A stretch of 64,000 bases of DNA from NCBI GenBank assembly GCA_021819525.1, contig JAKAQW010000001.1, forward strand, positions 68-64,067. Reading direction: 5' to 3'. This document shows, piece after piece, positions 45,219-53,794 of the stretch (positions within the stretch are counted from its first letter, which is position 1; each line of letters begins with the position of its first letter). The translations under genes and the position numbers were made by a program. The notes beneath the pieces were generated by a model that searched no databases, was not told the DNA's origin, and worked only from the letters and a program-made list of their open reading frames with translations. This stretch comes from Actinomycetes bacterium. GTDB lineage: Bacteria; Actinomycetota; Acidimicrobiia; Acidimicrobiales; UBA8190.

Positions 45219-45896
45219 ATGAGCGGCAAGCGACACCCCGCAGCGCTGGCTCGTGCCGAGGCGGTACGGGCCGAGGCGGCTCGTCGGCGCAGCGTCGGGC
45301 AGCGGTCCCAGCCGTCGCCTCTCGCCACCGTGGAAGACCGCTCCAGCGGCGCCGCGGAGCGTGCCGATGCCGGCTCGGCACCGCCGGGCCCGGCCAGGTG
45401 GGTCCCGTGGCTGGCCTTCGCCCTGTGCGTCCTCGGCCTGGCCGACTCGGCCTACCTGACCTACACCCACTTCAACCCGGGCGCGCTGGTCTGCTCGACC
45501 TCGGGCCTGATCAACTGCCAGGCGGTCACCACCAGCAAGTGGTCGACGGTCTTCGGGGTGCCGGTGGCGATCTTGGGGCTGGGGTACTACGTGGTCATGA
45601 CGGCGCTGAACCTGCCCGCAGTATGGCGGGTACCCGACATCCGCCTGGTCCGGCTGCGCCTGGCCCTGCTCGTCTGCGGCATCGGCATGGTGGTCTACCT
45701 CGTGGTCGCCGAGCTGTTCCTCATCGGGAACATCTGCGAGTACTGCACCGGCGTCCACATCGTCACCTTCTTCCTCTTCGTCACCGTGGTGCTGAGCTAC
45801 CCGGCCACCTCGTACCGGGCCCGCTGGGTGGCGTGGGCACGCCGCGAGACCGAGGGCCGGACCGACGGCGCCGCCGGGGCGGGAGCCGCCGGCTGA
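45219..45896 (+). CDS. vitamin K epoxide reductase (VKOR) family membrane protein
   Basis: Loop cysteines C-x7-C (CSTSGLINC) are followed by SKWS. The active site CEYC lies in a TM helix, and four or more hydrophobic helices are present. The ATG is preceded by ACGGAG. Confidence 0.85.
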   Translation: MSGKRHPAALARAEAVRAEAARRRSVGQRSQPSPLATVEDRSSGAAERADAGSAPPGPARWVPWLAFALCVLGLADSAYLTYTHFNPGALVCSTSGLINCQAVTTSKWSTVFGVPVAILGLGYYVVMTALNLPAVWRVPDIRLVRLRLALLVCGIGMVVYLVVAELFLIGNICEYCTGVHIVTFFLFVTVVLSYPATSYRARWVAWARRETEGRTDGAAGAGAAG

Positions 45897-45952
45897 ACGC
45901 CAGCGAGGCCCGTGCGGAGCGCTCTGCGAGGCCTCCTCCCCGGCCTGCCCCG

Positions 45953-46882
45953 CTACTCGGCGGCCAAGCGCACCAGGTGGTCGCCATCTTGGAGGACGGG
46001 GTTCTCACGCACGCCGAGGGTCACCTTGCCGTCGCGCACGATGCCCAGCAGCAGGCCGTCGACCTTGTCGCGCACCGCCCGCAAGGTGGAGCCGATCATC
46101 TCCTCGGCCACCGCCACCTCCTCCATGCGGTACCCCTCGCCGTCGAGCATCCGCAGCAGGACGTCGGCGGCGTGAGGTGCCTCGAGGCTCTTGGCCAGGG
46201 TCTGGCCCAACAGCTCCTCGGTCGAGATGGTCCGCCCGACGCCGAGGTCGGTGAGCGCGTGCGCGACCATCGAGGACTGGGCTACCGCCACCGCCGGTAC
46301 GTCCGGCGCCACGTGGCGCAAGAGCACCGCGGTGACCAGCATCTCGCTGTCGTCGGGCGCGACCAGGAGGACGGCTCGGGCCCGGGCCGGCTCTGTGGCT
46401 CGCACGGTCTTCTCGTCGGTAGGTGGTCCAGGTACGTGGTGCACGAACGACGGCAGGACCCCTTTCTCGACATCTGCTGCCACGACCACCGGGATGCCGG
46501 CTGCGTGGAGCTGGCGGGCCACCAACGGCACGGTGGGATGCATGCCGAGCAGGACGACGAAGTGGCCGGCGGGCAGGTGGTGCTCCATGTGTAGATACTT
46601 GTCGAGACGAGCAGCGGTTGCTGCCGCGGCCAGCAGGGCGAAGGCCCCGCCGAAGAGGGGAATGGCCGTCAGCATGACCGCCACGGCCACGATGCGGCCG
46701 GCGGCATTGTGGGGTACTACGTCGCCGTAGCCGACGGTGGTGGCCGTGGTCACCGCCCAGTACAGCCCGGTGCCGATGTCGACGTGCTCGACGAGGGCGA
46801 AGGCAACTCCGCCGACGACCACGGCGACGACGCCGAGGATGAGGACGGTCACGATCTGCGACCGGGTGACCTTTCCGAGCAT
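45953..46882 (-). CDS. potassium channel with RCK/TrkA domains
   Basis: The selectivity filter TATTVGYGD lies between two TM helices. It is followed by a Rossmann-like FVVLLGMHPTVPLVARQL segment and a TrkA-C-like C-terminus. ATG 46882 is chosen, and the long upstream ORF extension is antisense to panB. Confidence 0.85.
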   Translation of the reverse strand: MLGKVTRSQIVTVLILGVVAVVVGGVAFALVEHVDIGTGLYWAVTTATTVGYGDVVPHNAAGRIVAVAVMLTAIPLFGGAFALLAAAATAARLDKYLHMEHHLPAGHFVVLLGMHPTVPLVARQLHAAGIPVVVAADVEKGVLPSFVHHVPGPPTDEKTVRATEPARARAVLLVAPDDSEMLVTAVLLRHVAPDVPAVAVAQSSMVAHALTDLGVGRTISTEELLGQTLAKSLEAPHAADVLLRMLDGEGYRMEEVAVAEEMIGSTLRAVRDKVDGLLLGIVRDGKVTLGVRENPVLQDGDHLVRLAAE

Positions 46883-47005
46883 CAAGGTGATGAGCGCGAG
46901 CACGGGCGTCTCCCAGGGTGCGATTGACGGCGCGATGGTAGGCTGCGAAGACCTGGTCCCGATGCCGCCGGCAGCCCGAGGCGCTGGACGGCGAGGAGGG
47001 CGAAC

Positions 47006-47839
47006 ATGCCGGAGAAGATCACCGTCCCCTCGGTGCGCGCCCGCAAGCGCCGGAGAGGCAGCGAGCCGATCGTGATGCTCACCGCCTACGACACGCCAAG
47101 CGCAGCGGCGGCCGACGCCGGCGGAGCCGAGATCCTGCTGGTGGGAGACTCGGTCGCCAACGCCGTGCTCGGGCATCCCGACACCTTGCAGGTCGACGTG
47201 CACGTCCTGGCCCACCATGCCGGGGCGGTCGCCAGGGCCCGGCCCCGTGCCCTGGTGGTCGTGGACATGCCGTGGCTCAGCTACCACCTCGGAGAGGCCG
47301 ACGCCGTGCGCAACGCCGCCGAGCTCGTGCGCGCCGGCGCCGAGGCAGTGAAGATCGAGGGTGGAGCTGTGCGGGTGCCGGTGGTGCATGCCCTGTTGGC
47401 AGCCGAGATCCCGGTCATGGGCCATCTGGGGCTGACTCCCCAGTCGGTCCATGTCATGGGTGGCTACCGGGTCCAGGCCCGCGAGGACGAGGCGGCCGCC
47501 GCGCTGGTGGCCGACGGCCTGGCCCTCCAGCGTGCGGGCTGCTTCGCGGTGGTGGTGGAAGGCGTGCCCGACGTGGTCGGCGCGGCGCTGTGCGACGCGC
47601 TGGAGGTCCCGGTCATCGGGATCGGCGCTGGAGCCCACACCGACGGCCAGGTGCTCGTCTTCCACGATCTGCTCGGCTTCGGGCAGGTCCCGGTCGCGAA
47701 ATTCGTCCGGCAGTACGCCAACCTGCACGACGTCGCGGCCCGTGCCGTGAGCGCCTGGGCCGCAGATGTCCGCTCGGGATCGTTCCCCTCCGATGCAGAG
47801 ACGTACCATGCGAGCACGAGGATCGCCACATCGCCTTGA
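47006..47839 (+). CDS. panB: 3-methyl-2-oxobutanoate hydroxymethyltransferase
   Basis: 277 aa with IVMLTAYDTPSA, LLVGDSVANAVLGH, VKIEGG, GHLGLTPQSV and VIGIGAG. Confidence 0.92.
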   Translation: MPEKITVPSVRARKRRRGSEPIVMLTAYDTPSAAAADAGGAEILLVGDSVANAVLGHPDTLQVDVHVLAHHAGAVARARPRALVVVDMPWLSYHLGEADAVRNAAELVRAGAEAVKIEGGAVRVPVVHALLAAEIPVMGHLGLTPQSVHVMGGYRVQAREDEAAAALVADGLALQRAGCFAVVVEGVPDVVGAALCDALEVPVIGIGAGAHTDGQVLVFHDLLGFGQVPVAKFVRQYANLHDVAARAVSAWAADVRSGSFPSDAETYHASTRIATSP

Positions 47840-48132
47840 CAGGCGCCTGCTTCGACGCCGCACCGGCTGCAGGCGGGGTCCCGGCCACGTCCCCCTTCCG
47901 AGCGGCCCCTTCCGAGCGGCCCCTGCGACGCCGCACCGGCTGCAGGGGGCCCCGGCCGGCACGGTCGGCTCGCGCCGGAGACGGAGGTGCTGCCCACGAC
48001 GGCAGGCCCCCGTCACCGGTCGGCTAGCATGGTCGCCGGTCACGGTCCGGTGACCCTGAGAGAGCCCCTGCTCCGCTTGGCGGAGCCCCGCGCCGATCGT
48101 CGGCCCGGGTCCGGAGGGAGGCGTGCCCGCCC

Positions 48133-48483
48133 ATGCGGCCTTACGAAACGATCGTCATATTCGACCCCGATGCCGAGGACACCGCGGTGAACGCCGTGCT
48201 CGACCGGGCGCTCGAGGTGCTTCGCAGTCACGGCGGCCAGCCCGGCAGGGTCGAGCGCTGGGGGAAGCGTCCGCTCGCCTATGAGATACGCCACAAGCGC
48301 GAGGGGTACTACGTGCTGGTCGAGTTGGCGGCCGAGCCGTCGGGCGCGGACGAGATGGACCGGGTCCTGCTCCTCGCGGACGAGGTCCTGCGCCACAAGC
48401 TGGTGCGTGTCCCCGACATCGCCGTCGGCCGCCGTCGGCCGTCACCGGGTCGTGCTCCGGCTGCTTCGGCACCGGCCAGCTGA
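48133..48483 (+). CDS. rpsF: 30S ribosomal protein S6
   Basis: MRPYETIVIFDPDAEDTAVNAVLDRALEVLRSHGGQPGRVERWGKRPLAYEIRHKREGYYVLVEL. Confidence 0.95.
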   Translation: MRPYETIVIFDPDAEDTAVNAVLDRALEVLRSHGGQPGRVERWGKRPLAYEIRHKREGYYVLVELAAEPSGADEMDRVLLLADEVLRHKLVRVPDIAVGRRRPSPGRAPAASAPAS

Positions 48484-48504
48484 GCCGGCGAAGGAGGAGA
48501 AGCC

Positions 48505-48978
48505 GTGTCCAATGGAAACACCGTCGTCCTGGTGGGCAACGTGACCCGTGACCCCGAGCTCCGCTTCACCCCGACCGGTCAGGCCACCACCTCGTTCGGG
48601 CTGGCCGTCAACCGCAGGTGGCAGAACCGCCAGACCCAGGAGTGGGAAGAGGCCGTCTCGTTCTTCGACGTCGTCTGCTGGCGGGAGATGGCCGAGAACG
48701 CGGCGGAGAGCCTGGCGCGCGGTTCGCGGGTCATCGTGACCGGTCGTCTCGAGCAGCGCTCGTGGGAGACCGCCGAGGGGGACAAGCGATCGAAGATCGA
48801 GGTGGTAGCCGACGAGATCGGCCCCAGCCTTCGCTGGGCCACCGCCCAGGTCACGAAGAACGAGCGACGCAGTCCCGGTGACGGCGCCGGCCGCAGCGCC
48901 GGTCCACCACCAGCGGAGCGGCCGGCCACCCCGGCAGCTGCCGGCGGCGGCTACGGGTACGACGAGGAGCCTTTCTGA
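48505..48978 (+). CDS. ssb: single-stranded DNA-binding protein
   Basis: GTG 48505 follows GAAGGAGGAG. Product is [35 protein letters not shown]...[13 protein letters not shown], with a Gly/Pro tail ending DEEPF. Confidence 0.95.
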   Translation: MSNGNTVVLVGNVTRDPELRFTPTGQATTSFGLAVNRRWQNRQTQEWEEAVSFFDVVCWREMAENAAESLARGSRVIVTGRLEQRSWETAEGDKRSKIEVVADEIGPSLRWATAQVTKNERRSPGDGAGRSAGPPPAERPATPAAAGGGYGYDEEPF

Positions 48979-48980
48979 CC

Positions 48981-49427
48981 ATGGCCAGGAACACCGACCG
49001 CAGCACGGGGAACAGCAATCGGCGAAACGTCAAGGACGCCGCTCGCCGCACGAAGAAGAAGCCTTGCGCGCTCTGTCGCGACAAGGTGGAGTGGGTCGAC
49101 TACAAGGACACCGGGCTGCTGCGCAAGTACATGAGTGACCGGGGGAAGATCCGTGCCCGCCGGGTCAGCGGCAATTGCACCCAGCACCAGCGGGACGTGG
49201 CTATTGCCATAAAGACCGCACGGGAGCTGGCGTTGCTCCCCTATACCCAGCGGATGGTCACCGAGCGGTCCGCCGGCCGTGGCCGTGGCGGTCGTGGACG
49301 AGGCGGGCCTGGGGAGGAAGGTGCTGGCCGCGAAGGTGGTGGTCGTGGAGCCCCACGTGGCGTGCCGGCAGCTGCTGTGGACGCCTACGGTGACGACATG
49401 GTGCCGGTCGAGGAGGTGGAGGCCTGA
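48981..49427 (+). CDS. rpsR: 30S ribosomal protein S18 with ~55 aa Gly/Arg-rich C-terminal extension
   Basis: [64 protein letters not shown], followed by a [11 protein letters not shown]... tail. Confidence 0.93.
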   Translation: MARNTDRSTGNSNRRNVKDAARRTKKKPCALCRDKVEWVDYKDTGLLRKYMSDRGKIRARRVSGNCTQHQRDVAIAIKTARELALLPYTQRMVTERSAGRGRGGRGRGGPGEEGAGREGGGRGAPRGVPAAAVDAYGDDMVPVEEVEA

Positions 49428-49876
49428 TGCGGGTGCTGCTCCGGCAGGACGTCGATCGGCTGGGCAAGCGTGGAGACATCGTCGAGGTGTCGAAGGGGTT
49501 CGCTCGGAACTACCTGTTCCCCGGCCGTCAGGCTGTCACCGCCGATCCGGGCATCGAGGCGCAGGCGGCGTCCATGCGCCGCGCGCGTGACCTGCGCGAG
49601 CAGGCCAGCCGCGAGGCGGCCGAGACCGTCGCCCGCGTGCTGACCGGGGCGACACTTCGGATCCCGGCTCGTGCCGGCAGCGGCGGGCGCCTGTTCGGCT
49701 CGGTGACGGCGGCTGACCTGGCGGCAGCAGCCGCGGAGCAGGTAGGCGTGACCCTCGACCGGCGGCGGATCAACTTGCCCGATCCGCTCAAGACCGTCGG
49801 CGTGCACAGCGTGTCCGTCCGGCTGCACCACCAGGTCGAGGCCCACATGACCATCGAGGTCGTGGCCGCCGGCTGA
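49427..49876 (+). CDS. rplI: 50S ribosomal protein L9
   Basis: The ATG overlaps the rpsR TGA. Product is [37 protein letters not shown]. Confidence 0.95.
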   Translation: MRVLLRQDVDRLGKRGDIVEVSKGFARNYLFPGRQAVTADPGIEAQAASMRRARDLREQASREAAETVARVLTGATLRIPARAGSGGRLFGSVTAADLAAAAAEQVGVTLDRRRINLPDPLKTVGVHSVSVRLHHQVEAHMTIEVVAAG

Positions 49877-50093
49877 GTGCCGTCACACCCCCCTGGCACC
49901 ATGGGGGCGATGCCTGCGCAGCGTGCGGATCAGAGCCGGAGCCGACGGGTCGTCGAGCCCCACGGTCGCCGTCAGCGCCACGGTCGCCGTCAGCGCCACC
50001 GGCGGCGGATCGACCAGCCGGTTCGCTGGCCGCGGGAGCTCGTCGGTGTCGTGCCAGGAGGGCCGCATCACCCCCGCCACCGGGTACCTCGCG

Positions 50094-50102
50094 TTGTCCA
50101 CA
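50094..50102 (+). promoter_or_regulatory. DnaA-box-like 9-mer TTGTCCACA upstream of dnaB
   Basis: An exact TTGTCCACA lies 85 nt upstream of the dnaB ATG. It is immediately followed by an 8-bp inverted repeat, GGGATTTC (50103-50110) and GAAATCCC (50127-50134), in a locally AT-richer stretch. Confidence 0.3.
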
Positions 50103-50186
50103 GGGATTTCCCCCGCGTTCTGGCCCGAAATCCCCAGGTTTCACCTCTAGCGTTCCGCAGGCTGGACCGGTCAGGGTAAGAGGACC

Positions 50187-51560
50187 ATGCCTCGCGCGCT
50201 CGAAGCCTCCCGTTCTCGTCCCGTGCTGTCTGCCGCCGTCGGCGGTGGCCGTGTGCCTCCGCACAACCTCGAAGCAGAGGAGTCGGTGCTCGGCGCGATG
50301 CTCCTGTCGCGTGACGCCATTGCCGCCGCGCTCGAGTGCTGCACGGCCGACGACTTCTACAAGCCGGCCCATGCCCACGTGTTCGCCGCGGTCACCGCCT
50401 TGTACACCCGGGGCGAGCCTGCCGACCCGGTGACCGTGGCCGACGAGCTGCGGCGCTCCGGGGCGATCGAGGCGATAGGCGACCCGTCGTTGCTGCTGTC
50501 GCTCCAAGTGAACACCCCGTCCACGGCGAACGCCGGGCACTACGCCCGGATCGTCGAAGAGCATGCGCTGCTGCGCCGACTGGTCACTGTGGCCGGAGAG
50601 ATCGCCGAGCTCGGCTACAGCGTGCCCGAGGACGTCGCTGAAGCGGTGGACCGGGCGGAGACCTTGGTGTTCGAGGTCGCCCAGCGGCGCGTGGTGGACA
50701 CCCTGGCACCGCTGCGGGACCTGCTGGCGCAGAGCCTCGACCACCTCGAGCACCTCTACGAGCGTGACGAGTCGATCACCGGCGTCCCGACGGGCTACGC
50801 CGATCTCGACGAACGGTTGGCCGGTCTGCAGCCCTCGAACCTGGTGGTCGTGGGAGCCCGACCCGCCATGGGCAAGACCAGCTTCGCCCTGGGCATCGTG
50901 AACCACGCAGCCATGACCATGCGCAAGCCGGTGCTGCTGTTCTCCCTGGAGATGAGCCACCTGGAGCTGACGCAGCGCCTCTTGTGCTCCGAGGCCCGTG
51001 TCGATGCCACCCGGATGCGAAACGGCCGTCTCCTCGAGAGCGATTGGCCGAAGATCTCCGACGCCATCGGGCGGCTCGGGGACGCTCCCATCTTCATCGA
51101 CGACAACCCGAACGTCACGGTCATGGACATCCGGGCCAAGGCCCGGCGCCTCATGGCCCGTGAGGGTCTGGGCTTGGTGGTGGTGGACTACTTGCAGCTG
51201 ATGACCGGAAGGAACCGGGCAGAGAGCCGGCAGGTGGAGGTGTCGGAGATCAGCCGGGGTATGAAGATCCTGGCCCGAGAGCTGAACGTTCCTGTGGTCG
51301 CCCTCTCGCAGCTGTCGAGGAACCTGGAGATGCGACAAGACAAGCGTCCGGTGCTGGCGGACCTCCGCGAGTCGGGCTCCATCGAGCAAGACGCCGACGT
51401 GGTCCTCTTCATCTACCGTGACGAGGTCTACAACCCCGACTCTCCCGATCGGGGCACCGCCGAGGTGATCATTGCCAAGCACCGCAACGGCCCCGTGGGC
51501 CACGTGCAGCTGGCGTTCGTCGACCACTACACCCGGTTCGCCAACATGGCCCGGGTCTGA
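50187..51560 (+). CDS. dnaB: replicative DNA helicase DnaB
   Basis: 457 aa with PPHNLEAEESVLGAMLL, Walker A GARPAMGKTSFAL and VVVDYLQLM. No intein-sized insertion is present. Confidence 0.96.
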   Translation: MPRALEASRSRPVLSAAVGGGRVPPHNLEAEESVLGAMLLSRDAIAAALECCTADDFYKPAHAHVFAAVTALYTRGEPADPVTVADELRRSGAIEAIGDPSLLLSLQVNTPSTANAGHYARIVEEHALLRRLVTVAGEIAELGYSVPEDVAEAVDRAETLVFEVAQRRVVDTLAPLRDLLAQSLDHLEHLYERDESITGVPTGYADLDERLAGLQPSNLVVVGARPAMGKTSFALGIVNHAAMTMRKPVLLFSLEMSHLELTQRLLCSEARVDATRMRNGRLLESDWPKISDAIGRLGDAPIFIDDNPNVTVMDIRAKARRLMAREGLGLVVVDYLQLMTGRNRAESRQVEVSEISRGMKILARELNVPVVALSQLSRNLEMRQDKRPVLADLRESGSIEQDADVVLFIYRDEVYNPDSPDRGTAEVIIAKHRNGPVGHVQLAFVDHYTRFANMARV

Positions 51561-51671
51561 CCGGTCCATCAGCGGGTGGACTCGGTCTTCGTGCTCGGCG
51601 GTGACAGGTCGATCTGTGACCGCCGACCCGCCCGAGGACGGATCTGGCCGGCGACACGTACCCGAGCGGTG

Positions 51672-52286
51672 CTAGGTGGTGGTGGTGGGATCGGTCGTGT
51701 CGGATGCTGCGCAGCTCGCGCAGGTTCCCTGCACGGCGAAGTGGCGTGGCTGCAGGAGGAACCCGTAGCGACGCAGCACTGCTTGCTCGAGATTGTCGAA
51801 GAGCGCTTCTGGCACTGCGATCGACTGGCCGCAGCGCTCGCAGACCAGGTGCCCGTGACGATCTTCACGCAGGTGGTAGGTGGCGGGGCCGTGGCCGAGA
51901 TGGACGTGCTCGACGACACCGAGCTGTTCGAGCTCGTCCAAATTGCGGTAGACGGTGGAACGATGCACCGCTGGATCCAACGCGTTGACTTGGGCGACCA
52001 GCTCGTCGGCGGTGCGGTGGCCTTGCCGTTCGAACAGGCAGTGCAGCAGCAGCCGACGTGACTCGGTGACCCGGCCACCTCGTGCCCGGAACAGATCGAG
52101 GACTGCAGCTATCGCGTCGTCACCAGCTGGAGCCCCGGTCTGGTCCGGTCCCGGCAGCGCTTCACCTGCTGGCGCCGGTCGCGCCGGGGGGGTCGGACCA
52201 GCTGCAGCCACCGCGTCGGGCGGCGGCGCCGAGCAGGGAGCCACCGGCAGGTGGTCGGGCGTCGTCATCCGTGCCACCCCACTCAC
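51672..52286 (-). CDS. Fur-family metalloregulator with ~55 aa Pro/Ala-rich N-terminal extension
   Basis: Winged helix RSTVYRNLDELEQLGVV, the His cluster HVHLGHGPATYHLREDRHGHLVC, and two CxxC pairs (CERC, CASC). The start is GTG 52286 or ATG 52268. Metal specificity cannot be told from the sequence. Confidence 0.85.
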   Translation of the reverse strand: MSGVARMTTPDHLPVAPCSAPPPDAVAAAGPTPPARPAPAGEALPGPDQTGAPAGDDAIAAVLDLFRARGGRVTESRRLLLHCLFERQGHRTADELVAQVNALDPAVHRSTVYRNLDELEQLGVVEHVHLGHGPATYHLREDRHGHLVCERCGQSIAVPEALFDNLEQAVLRRYGFLLQPRHFAVQGTCASCAASDTTDPTTTT

Positions 52287-52313
52287 GGTACTGCTCTTTC
52301 GGGCGCGGCCCGC

Positions 52314-52520
52314 AGGCGGCTCGGGCCCCAGCGGGCAGGCGGCTCGGGCCCCAGCGGGTAGGCGCCTCGGGCCCCAGCGGGTAGGCGCCTCGGGCCCCAG
52401 CGGGTAGGCGCCTCAGGCCCCAGCGGGTAGGCGCCTCAGGCCCCAGCGGGTAGGCGCCTCAGGCCCCAGCGGGTAGGCGCCTCAGGCCCCAGCGGGTAGG
52501 CGCCTCAGGCCCCAGCGGAC
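52314..52520. repeat. 23-bp tandem repeat x9
   Basis: AGGCG(G/C)CTC(G/A)GGCCCCAGCGGG(C/T) units run head to tail from 52314 to 52520. The last unit contains the final codons and stop (TCA 52505-52507 on the + strand) of the minus-strand small ORF. The array ends 28 nt upstream of the Fur-family start. Confidence 0.95.
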
Positions 52521-52732
52521 ATGCCGGCACGGGTCGGAAGCCCGAGGTCAGCACCAGTCGGCTCCCCGAGGTCAGCACCGGCCGGCGTGCCGGACACCGT
52601 GTCGCGCATCCCCGGTGCGCCGCCCGCAGCGACGGGCAGGGTGCTCGGGAGCGGGTGGTGCAGCGCACCGAGGGTGCCGAGCGTCTCGTCGATGAGCCGC
52701 ACGATCTCGTCGCAGTGTTCCCCGAGTGTCAT
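52505..52732 (-). CDS. small hypothetical protein (75 aa) upstream of and co-oriented with the Fur-family gene
   Basis: ATG 52732 is preceded by GAGAAAGGGGG. The product is MTLGEHCDEIVRLIDETLGTLGALHHPLPSTLP... Third positions are strongly G/C-biased, unlike the in-frame upstream extension to 53044. No family was recognised. Confidence 0.4.
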   Translation of the reverse strand: MTLGEHCDEIVRLIDETLGTLGALHHPLPSTLPVAAGGAPGMRDTVSGTPAGADLGEPTGADLGLPTRAGMSAGA

Positions 52733-52991
52733 GGCCGGCCCCCTTTCTCTGTCAATACCATCGGCGGGTCCGGTCCCGTCCCTGAGTGTTAGCACCACCG
52801 ACGGCACGGCTGGGGGATGCCCAGGCGTGCCGGTGCCCGCCGCCGACGCCGACGCCGACGACCTGGACGGCTGGGAGAACCCCCGAGCTTGCTCGCCAGC
52901 GCTTCGGAGACCTCCGCGACCCCGAAGTAGCGCCGAGGGCTGCATGGGCCAGGCCCGATAGTCGTGGACATCGATGGTCAGGAGGTGTATC

Positions 52992-53147
52992 GTGACCAAA
53001 AAATTTGCTGCCGCGGTGCTGAGCAGGGTGCGAGCATCTGTCACTTACGACGGGGTGGGTCATGAGGTTTGTCGCGAAGGCTGGTGCGCGTGTCCTTGCG
53101 CATCGACTGGCGTCCTGGGGTATCCATGCAGCTGCACGACGACGTAG
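52992..53147 (+). CDS. candidate 51-aa cysteine-rich small protein (metallothionein-like pattern, speculative)
   Basis: GGAGG (52981-52985) lies 6 nt before GTG 52992. The hand translation is (M)TKKFAAAVLSRVRASVTYDGVGHEVCREGWCACPCASTGVLGYPCSCTTT*, with TAG at 53145-53147. There are six Cys in the last 25 residues, in CxCxC and CxC spacing. Codon usage is poorer in G/C third positions than the genome norm, so this may be spurious. Confidence 0.25.
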   Translation: MTKKFAAAVLSRVRASVTYDGVGHEVCREGWCACPCASTGVLGYPCSCTTT

Positions 53148-53794
53148 CCCTTGGCCAGGCGTGACGCGACAGCAGGGATCCAGATGAGAGGTGGTGTGAG
53201 CTCAGCCGCGCGTCGGTGCCGTAGGCATCCACGGCTCTCGGGCGAACGGTGGGGTCAGTACGACGAGCGCGCCGACGCCGTGCTTGGACGCCGTCGAGAT
53301 GGAGGAGCGAGCCTTGGCCAGTCGCGCGGGACCGTGGACTGCACGAGACGATCCCGAGATCTTTCGGTAGTGCTTGGCCATGCGCCGCTCGGATCCTGCG
53401 TAGTTGTTCAAGAGTTTGACGGAGAGGTCCGCCCCGCAGCAGGTGCATGCCCGTGGCCTACCGACGACGACCTCGTCGGGGTCTGTTACCGCAGCGAGGT
53501 GTGCTCCGGGAGCGCCAGGCTGCTCGCCGGGCACTCTGTCCAGAGCGGGGTCCGGAGCGGGGTGCGGGTGGTCGATGTGTCCTTGGCCTGCGGGTCTGGG
53601 CACCTCGGGTGGCGATGACTCCGATCGGCGGTTGCGCCGCTCGGTCCATGAGGGAGCTCTGCTCCTAGGAGTTAGGTGAACCGTAAACCGGTCCTACGAC
53701 GGTGGGCGTCGAACGGACCCGACCAACTCATCTTGATATTTGGAAGACTCGGTGCCTGGCAGATGGGCACCGACTAATGGCAGGGGGAGGGCAC

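Noticed and set aside
46883-48043. Long N-terminal extension of the K+ channel ORF (to 48043).
   Set aside because: It is antisense to panB, which is well supported. The channel needs only the two TM helices that start near ATG 46882.
50187-51560. An intein in DnaB, which is common in actinobacteria.
   Set aside because: The protein is 457 aa with contiguous helicase motifs, so there is no room for an intein.
52314-52520. The 23-bp x9 array as a CRISPR array.
   Set aside because: The units are contiguous with no spacers, and no cas genes are present in the window.
53202-53603. A 133-aa minus-strand ORF as a transposase or TnpB fragment (ACTCCG motif).
   Set aside because: Only a single CxCC-like motif supports it. 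There is no DDE or RuvC signature, no second zinc-finger half and no terminal inverted repeats. It is kept only as a remark inside the gene-poor-patch finding.
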